In this document: in pieces, positions 26,003 to 32,000 of the stretch
Layout: each line of letters starts with the position of its first letter
Numbering within the stretch: the first letter of the stretch is position 1
Assembly (NCBI GenBank): GCA_031256725.1
Contig: JAIRQE010000021.1
Location: 90,001-122,000, forward strand
Reading direction: 5' to 3'
Source of the DNA: Propionibacteriaceae bacterium
GTDB taxonomy: Bacteria; Actinomycetota; Actinomycetes; Propionibacteriales; Propionibacteriaceae
DNA length: 32,000 nucleotides
Translations under genes and position numbers: made by a program
The notes under the pieces: generated by a model
The model's input: only the letters and a program-made list of their open reading frames with translations
What the model was told of the DNA's origin: nothing
The model's database searches: none

Positions 26003-27520
26003 ATGATGTTTCCATTCCTGAGCGTACTCGCCCTCATCCCGGCGATCACAGCCATCGTTGTTGCGCTGGTCAAACCCACGTTAAGCCGCTATGTCGGTCT
26101 CGTCGGGGCCCTGATCTCGCTGTTCTATACCATCGGGGTACTGGTCTTTGTGAAGGTTTCGTCGGTGTTGATCGCTGAATCCCTCCCATGGTTGCCTGCT
26201 GTTGGTTCCGCCTATTCCCTCAATCTCGACGGTATGGGTGTCGTTATGGTGGCAGTCACCGTCCTTCTAGTACCAGCCGTCCTCGTCGCTGAATGGCATA
26301 CAGGTATGGGGGAGACCGGTCGTTATTCGTCGAAGACCTTCGTGGCCTTGGTCTTGCTGGTGTCCTCCTTCTCGCTGTTCACCTTTATGACTTTCGATCT
26401 GCTGCTTTTCTATGTCTTCTTCGAAGCAACCTTGATACCGATGTACTTCCTGATCGGTGGATGGGGTGGCGTCAAGAGGGGACAGGCTGCTGCAAAGTTC
26501 CTCCTCTTTGGGTTGGCTGGCGGGCTCATCATGCTCTTCGGTGTGATCGGTACTTCTGTACTGTCTGCGCGTGCGGGTACACTCTCGCTCGACTTCATCC
26601 ATCTGGGGCAACTCAACCTGAATCAAACCTGGGTGACCCATATGATTTTCATCTGCTTCTTTGTGGCCTTCGCATTGAAGGCCCCCATGGTGCCAGCACA
26701 CATCTGGTTGCCGGATGCAGCTGAGGAAACCACTCCAGGTGGGGCAGCACTGATGGTCGGTATCCTCGACAAGCTGGGTACCTTCGGTATGATCCGAATC
26801 TGTATCGGTATCTTCCCAGAGGAGGCCCAGTGGGCCACCCCAGTGATCCTGATTCTTGCACTGATCTCGATCTTCTACGGGGCTTTCGCAGCCATCGGAT
26901 CCAAGAATCTGATGAGGCTGATCGCCTACACATCCATCTCCCACTTCGGGTTCATGGTCATGTGTATCTTCGCGATGACGAGCCAATCCATCTCCGGTTC
27001 GATCTTCTATATGGTCAACCACGCTCTTGCGACTGGGGCTCTCTATCTCGTGATCGGCTATATGATTGCCCGTCGGGGATCGGCCAATGTCAACGATTTC
27101 GGTGGGATCATCAAGGTTGCGCCCCTAGCCGCGGGATTCACTCTTGTTGCTGGTTTGGCATGTTGTTCCTTGCCAGGTACGTCACCGTTCGTCTCGGAGT
27201 TCATGGCCATCGCTGGGACATGGAGCCACTATCCTGTGATCGCAGCCATCGCTATTCCTGGAACTGTACTCGCAGCGGTCTACATCCTGTGGATGTACCA
27301 ACGGATGATGACCGGCCCTGTCACCGAGGCAACCAGGAAACACATCACGACAGACCTGTCGTGGAGGGAGCGCTTGGCACTCATCCCGCTGGTAGTTGCC
27401 TTCCTCGTCTTGGGCTTCTATCCACAACCGGTTCTCAACGAGATTGCCCCCACCACTGAGTACTACATGACTTCTGCTGGGGTCACTGATCCTGAGGCCA
27501 AGATCGAGGAGGGTCGATGA
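26003..27520 (+). CDS. nuoM: NADH-quinone oxidoreductase subunit M
   Basis: 505-aa antiporter-like subunit with FYVFFEATLIPMYFLIGGWGG and KAPMVPAHIWLPDA. GAGGGGAG precedes the ATG. Confidence 0.96.
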   Translation: MMFPFLSVLALIPAITAIVVALVKPTLSRYVGLVGALISLFYTIGVLVFVKVSSVLIAESLPWLPAVGSAYSLNLDGMGVVMVAVTVLLVPAVLVAEWHTGMGETGRYSSKTFVALVLLVSSFSLFTFMTFDLLLFYVFFEATLIPMYFLIGGWGGVKRGQAAAKFLLFGLAGGLIMLFGVIGTSVLSARAGTLSLDFIHLGQLNLNQTWVTHMIFICFFVAFALKAPMVPAHIWLPDAAEETTPGGAALMVGILDKLGTFGMIRICIGIFPEEAQWATPVILILALISIFYGAFAAIGSKNLMRLIAYTSISHFGFMVMCIFAMTSQSISGSIFYMVNHALATGALYLVIGYMIARRGSANVNDFGGIIKVAPLAAGFTLVAGLACCSLPGTSPFVSEFMAIAGTWSHYPVIAAIAIPGTVLAAVYILWMYQRMMTGPVTEATRKHITTDLSWRERLALIPLVVAFLVLGFYPQPVLNEIAPTTEYYMTSAGVTDPEAKIEEGR

Positions 27521-29124
27521 TGCTGACACTATTTGAGTTCATACCACCAAGTCTGGACTACCTCCTGCTCGCCCCCTTCCTCGTCGTCTTGGGTACAGCC
27601 TGTCTCGGGATCCTCGTTGAAGCCTTCGTACCCCGCAAGCCCCGTTTCATCGTCCAACTGGTTTTGGCTGTACTGGGTCTCATAATGGCCCTAGTACTCA
27701 TCGTATGGAACTGGGGGAGCCCCAATCTGGCTGACCCCTGGTCTGATGTGATCATCTCAGGTACAGTCATGATCGATGGGCCGACGATGGCCTTCTGGGC
27801 TCTCCTGTTCGGGTTTGGCCTGCTCGCAATCATCCTCTTTGCTGAGCGCAACTTACATGCGGGGGCCACAAGTTTCACCTCCTCAGCAGCGTCAGTACCA
27901 GGCTCCAATGCAGAGACCGAGGCTGCGGATGCAGGATTGGTACACACTGAGGTTTTCCCTTTGGCGATCTTCGCCCTTTCAGGAGCGGGTCTTCTTGTGG
28001 CCGCCAATGACCTCCTGGTTTTGTTCATCGGGTTGGAGATCCTTTCACTGCCTCTCTATGTGATGGTTGGATTGGCTCGACATCGCAGGGTCGTCTCCCA
28101 AGAGGCCTCCCTGAAGTACTTCCTCCTTGGAGCGATGGCCTCAGCGATCCTACTTTTCGGCGTGGCCTTCCTCTTCGGCCACACTGGCAGCTTTGATTAC
28201 GCAGCCCTTTCACGTGGAGTCACCTTCTCCTTTGGGGATTCTCTCCTCCTGGCTGGTATCGCCCTGATCGGTGTGGGTCTGCTCTTCAAGATTGGTGCCG
28301 TACCCTTCCACTCCTGGGTACCTGACGTCTATCAGGGTGCACCAACCCCGGTCACAGCCTTCATGAGCGTGTGTACAAAGACCGCTGCGGTGGCTGCCTT
28401 CCTGCGCCTGTTCTATGCGGGCCTGGGCGGAATGCGATTGACATGGCAACCGGTCTTGGCTGGTGTGGCTATCCTCACGATCCTGGTGGGCTCGATCATC
28501 GCCATCAACCAGATGGATATTAAGAGGGTACTCGCCTACTCGGCAGTCTCCCATGCTGGGTTCATCCTCGTACCCTTAGTTGGCGCTGCAACCCTGACCT
28601 CAGGGATGATGCCAGGTACAGCGAGTTCTGTGGCCTCCATCATGTTTTACCTTGTCGCTTACGGTTTTGCTGCCTTGGGTGCCTTCGCAATAGTTACCCT
28701 CGTACGCTCCCAGGGCCGAGAGGTCACAGACCTGGCAGCCTGGGCAGGGATCGGGAAACGAGATCCGGTTATCGCAGTGATCTTCTTGATCTTCCTGCTG
28801 TCCATGGCTGGGATTCCGCTCACCGCTGGTTTCGTCGGCAAATACATTGCCTTCGTCGCCGCCTGGCAGGGTGGGTACTGGTGGCTCGCGATGGCTGGTG
28901 TTTTGGGTGCGATCATCGCTGTCTATATCTATGTACGCGTGGTACAAATCATGTTCTTCAAGGACCCTGATGGACCAACAGCCACGATTACTCAGGCTGG
29001 GCCAGCTACCTGGATTGTCATGATCCTGTGTGTCATTGGTACAGTAGCTTTCGGAATTGTTCCAGGCCCCTTGTTGGATCTGCTGCAGTCCGTGTCCACC
29101 TTCATTCTTCCAGCAGGATCCTAG
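27517..29124 (+). CDS. nuoN: NADH-quinone oxidoreductase subunit N
   Basis: 535-aa antiporter-like subunit with LFIGLEILSLPLYVMVG and KIGAVPFHSWVPDVYQGAPTPVTAF. ATGA overlap with nuoM. Confidence 0.96.
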   Translation: MMLTLFEFIPPSLDYLLLAPFLVVLGTACLGILVEAFVPRKPRFIVQLVLAVLGLIMALVLIVWNWGSPNLADPWSDVIISGTVMIDGPTMAFWALLFGFGLLAIILFAERNLHAGATSFTSSAASVPGSNAETEAADAGLVHTEVFPLAIFALSGAGLLVAANDLLVLFIGLEILSLPLYVMVGLARHRRVVSQEASLKYFLLGAMASAILLFGVAFLFGHTGSFDYAALSRGVTFSFGDSLLLAGIALIGVGLLFKIGAVPFHSWVPDVYQGAPTPVTAFMSVCTKTAAVAAFLRLFYAGLGGMRLTWQPVLAGVAILTILVGSIIAINQMDIKRVLAYSAVSHAGFILVPLVGAATLTSGMMPGTASSVASIMFYLVAYGFAALGAFAIVTLVRSQGREVTDLAAWAGIGKRDPVIAVIFLIFLLSMAGIPLTAGFVGKYIAFVAAWQGGYWWLAMAGVLGAIIAVYIYVRVVQIMFFKDPDGPTATITQAGPATWIVMILCVIGTVAFGIVPGPLLDLLQSVSTFILPAGS

Positions 29125-29134
29125 GAGTTAATCT

Positions 29135-30112
29135 GTGCCAGTGACGGACGAGCAGTTGCATGACTGGATCTCTGATCTCAGTCATCGTGTTGAGTCTCGC
29201 CTACTGGAGACCGTGCGTACTCCCAACTCTTTCGTTGAGGAAGCAGCAAGGTACCTCGTGGATGCCGGTGGAAAGATGTTCCGCCCAGCATTTGTGTTGG
29301 CTGCTGGTGGTTTGGGTCTGGATACTGGTACATCTGATGAGGATTCCCTGGTGAGTGCTGCGGTGGTCGTGGAACTCACCCACGTCGCATCCCTCTACCA
29401 CGATGATGTCATGGATGAAGCGGTCCTGCGTCGAGGTGCTCCCACAGCCCACACCAAGTGGGACAACTCGGTTGCCATCATGGTCGGTGATTATATGTTG
29501 GCTCAAGCATCGATTCTGAGTGCGACATTGGGTACGGATTTCGTTGCCTATCAAGGCTTAACACTGTCAAGGCTTGTTCAAGGTCAAATCGCTGAAATGA
29601 GAGGCCCGGACACGGGGATCGATGAGATCACCCACCATCTGGATGTCATCAGAGGCAAAACAGCCGCCCTCATCAACGCGGCCGCCCGCTATGGTGCCAC
29701 CTTCGCTGGTCTTGAAGCAGATCGGATTGAGGCCCTCACCACCTACGGTGAAAACGTCGGCATAGCCTTCCAGTTGGCTGACGACCTTCTCGACATTGCC
29801 TCCAGTAATTCCGGAAAGGTACAAGGCACAGACCTTAGAGAAGGGGTGCCAACCCTGACCACTCTCCTAGTGAAGGCACATGCCCGCAGTGAGGATGCTC
29901 GCCTGTTGGAACTCCTGCGCAGTCCTGTACCTGAAGAAGAGATACCTGAAGCGCTCGCCCTATTGCGAGTCCACCCAGCCCTCGCTGAAGCCAAAGACGA
30001 GGTACGCCAGTGGGCCAAGAAAGCGGAAGCCTGCCTTGATGGTTTCCCTGATGTGGCTGCGACGCGGGCCCTAAGAATGCTGTGTGAGCAGGCTGTAGAA
30101 CGTACCAAGTAA
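29135..30112 (+). CDS. polyprenyl diphosphate synthase (trans-isoprenyl; probable menaquinone side-chain synthase)
   Basis: First Asp-rich motif LYHDDVMDE, second QLADDLLD, and GKMFRP. GGAG lies 7 nt before GTG 29135. The gene sits immediately after nuoN. Confidence 0.9.
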   Translation: MPVTDEQLHDWISDLSHRVESRLLETVRTPNSFVEEAARYLVDAGGKMFRPAFVLAAGGLGLDTGTSDEDSLVSAAVVVELTHVASLYHDDVMDEAVLRRGAPTAHTKWDNSVAIMVGDYMLAQASILSATLGTDFVAYQGLTLSRLVQGQIAEMRGPDTGIDEITHHLDVIRGKTAALINAAARYGATFAGLEADRIEALTTYGENVGIAFQLADDLLDIASSNSGKVQGTDLREGVPTLTTLLVKAHARSEDARLLELLRSPVPEEEIPEALALLRVHPALAEAKDEVRQWAKKAEACLDGFPDVAATRALRMLCEQAVERTK

Positions 30113-30169
30113 AACCTGTCAGATTCCTGGTGGCTGGATTACACTATATCTAAGTGAAGGGGGCTGCCA

Positions 30170-31711
30170 ATGATGAGACGGGCCAGAAAACCTACTTGGG
30201 GTGTTATCGGAATCGCTTTTGTGATGATTCTTGGGGGGTGTGCCCAGGGTCCACAGGTGGGTCTTGTTGATGAGTACCGCAACTATTATCAGATCTTTGT
30301 GGGGTCTTTCGCTGACTCGGATGGGAACGGGTTGGGTGACCTGAATGGGATCACTGAGAAGTTGGATTATATTCGTTATGATCTTGGGGTTGACGGGATC
30401 TGGCTGACACCTATTAACCCTTCGCCGACTTATCATAAGTACGATGTCACGAATTACAAGGGGATTGATCCTCAGTTTGGTACGATTCTCGACTTTCGTA
30501 GATTCCTTGAGGAGGCCCATGAGCGGGGGATACGGGTACTCATTGATCTAGTGATCCAGCACACCTCCTGGGAGCATCCATGGTTCACTGAGGCCATCAA
30601 GGCTTTGAAGTCGGGTGTCGAGAGCCCTTACGTCGACTACTACTATTTCGGTTCTGAACCGCATGAAGGCTATGCCCAGTACAAGGATACGAATATCTAT
30701 TATGATGCTGAGTTTGTTGCCGAGATGCCTGATCTCAATGTGAAGAATCCAGTAGTACGTGAAGAGATCGCCTCGATTGTGGAATTCTGGCTCAATGAGG
30801 GGGTGGACGGTTTCAGGCTGGATGCCACGACACATCTTCTTCCAAGCGATCCAGGCGGCGAGAAAGAGTTCTTCGAATGGTTGAATGCCACCTGCACCCA
30901 AATCAACCCAGATGCCTATCTGGTGGGTGAAGCCTGGACCTGGGCAGACAGAATCGTTTCCTATTATGAATCGGGGATTCCGAGCTTCTTCAACTATCCC
31001 TTCTATGTCGATGACACTATCAACACCGCACTCCAAGCCAAGGATGGAGCCACCTTGGCCACAGCCATTGAGGCCTGGAATCAGCGTCTAGATGATGCCC
31101 ATCCTTCAGCCATTGATGCCCCCTTCATCTCCAACCATGACATCAATCGCCCAGCCTCACATCTGGCATGGAACCTTACTCGTGGAAAACTCAGCGCGGC
31201 GATATACCTTCTCATGCCAGGAAACCCCTTCATTTATTATGGGGAAGAGATCGGTATGGTTGGCTCGGGAATCGACCAAAACAAGCGCATGCCCATGGTC
31301 TGGTCCACCACCGACACCACTAGTATGCCGAATCCTCCCCACTACGCTGACTATGACATGAGTGCTGTTGTCGGAGTTGATGTTCAGCGTGAGGACCCAG
31401 GTTCCCTGTTGAATTTCTATCATGAGGTCCTGGAGCTGAAAGTGAAATATCCGGCTATTGCGCGCGGGAAGTATGCTGCTTTAGACACTGAACGAGCGAT
31501 ACTGGGGTGGCGTAGCGACTACAACAAGAGGGTCATCTATGTCTTCGAGAACTTAAGCGATGCGACTGTGACCCAGTCATTGACTGACTTGGGGATTAAG
31601 TCCGCAGTCACGGTAAGGGATACCCTGCTTCCCGCCGGAGATGATCAGATTCCCACATTGGATAAGAGGGTGCTGACCCTCCCACCGTATACAGTTGCGG
31701 TGGTTGGATAA
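30170..31711 (+). CDS. GH13 alpha-amylase-family glycoside hydrolase, predicted lipoprotein
   Basis: Signal peptide plus lipobox MMRRARKPTWGVIGIAFVMILGG|C. GH13 regions: I DLVIQHTS, II GVDGFRLDATTH, III LVGEAW, IV FISNHD. An upstream GVDGIWLTPI is also present. Confidence 0.9.
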   Translation: MMRRARKPTWGVIGIAFVMILGGCAQGPQVGLVDEYRNYYQIFVGSFADSDGNGLGDLNGITEKLDYIRYDLGVDGIWLTPINPSPTYHKYDVTNYKGIDPQFGTILDFRRFLEEAHERGIRVLIDLVIQHTSWEHPWFTEAIKALKSGVESPYVDYYYFGSEPHEGYAQYKDTNIYYDAEFVAEMPDLNVKNPVVREEIASIVEFWLNEGVDGFRLDATTHLLPSDPGGEKEFFEWLNATCTQINPDAYLVGEAWTWADRIVSYYESGIPSFFNYPFYVDDTINTALQAKDGATLATAIEAWNQRLDDAHPSAIDAPFISNHDINRPASHLAWNLTRGKLSAAIYLLMPGNPFIYYGEEIGMVGSGIDQNKRMPMVWSTTDTTSMPNPPHYADYDMSAVVGVDVQREDPGSLLNFYHEVLELKVKYPAIARGKYAALDTERAILGWRSDYNKRVIYVFENLSDATVTQSLTDLGIKSAVTVRDTLLPAGDDQIPTLDKRVLTLPPYTVAVVG

Positions 31712-32000
31712 ATCAGGACCCCAGGGATTTCCAAGAGACGATCACCTGTGATCTGCGCCCTGGATTCAGCGATTCCACTGTACAGAAGGTCAAATCTCAC
31801 GGGTGCTGGCATTCACAAAAAGAATCCCCCCTGTGATCCGGCGTACCGTCCAGGCTGGATACCAGAGGAGAAACTAGAATCAAGTCTAGTACCAATGTTT
31901 GGTTTGCCAGAAACTCCAGGCCCCACATGGCGTGGTGTAACGGTTTTCCCTTGGATTACCGAAATTAAAGGCGCTTGGCAAGCCACAAATTGCAGATGAT

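Noticed and set aside
19673-27022. Long antisense ORFs inside nuoG (19673..20368), nuoL (24533..25156) and nuoM (26267..27022)
   Set aside because: Each is fully embedded opposite a confidently identified nuo gene. The composition is Arg/Ser/Pro-rich shadow sequence, and there are no start signals.
31712-32000. Track ORF 31748..31999(+) (83 aa, GTG start) and an untracked - strand ORF entering from the right edge and stopping at 31813
   Set aside because: Both have low third-position GC relative to confirmed genes (about 40% by my count against about 65% in nuoF). Neither has a recognisable motif or SD, and I cannot decide between them or non-coding sequence. More sequence to the right is needed.

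Overview
The window looks like chromosome from a mid-GC actinobacterium, judging by gene content and synteny; no finer taxon can be assigned from sequence alone. About half of it (13391-29124, + strand) is a complete 14-gene NADH:quinone oxidoreductase operon, nuoA to nuoN. The genes are tightly coupled (ATGA, TAATG, GTGA and 8-nt overlaps) and are followed by a polyprenyl diphosphate synthase and a GH13 lipoprotein. The left 13 kb holds housekeeping and accessory genes. These are a 3'-truncated alpha/beta hydrolase that is missing from the ORF track, a class I/II aminotransferase, a patatin-like lipase and a GyrI-like protein. Next come a 59-aa membrane peptide (also missing from the track), a DUF4191 membrane protein, the E2 lipoyl-acyltransferase SucB/DlaT and an SPFH/band-7 protein. 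MenB, IlvA and a membrane-anchored beta-propeller repeat protein complete this part. I saw no tRNA, rRNA, CRISPR, transposase, integrase or recognisable defence or toxin system. The main signal not explained by genes is a family of nested-palindromic intergenic repeats (REPIN/MITE-like). There are five copies plus fragments. Two near-identical inverted copies bracket menB, and one copy sits in the divergent promoter region upstream of nuoA. Secondary observations: SucB, NuoD, NuoH and NuoJ carry acidic low-complexity extensions; lipB-lipA are absent from the usual sucB...DUF4191 neighbourhood; and a 430-bp repeat-laden gap looks like a rearrangement scar. Several track ORF starts were moved downstream using Shine-Dalgarno spacing. 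All functional calls rest on motifs read by eye, and no database search was possible.
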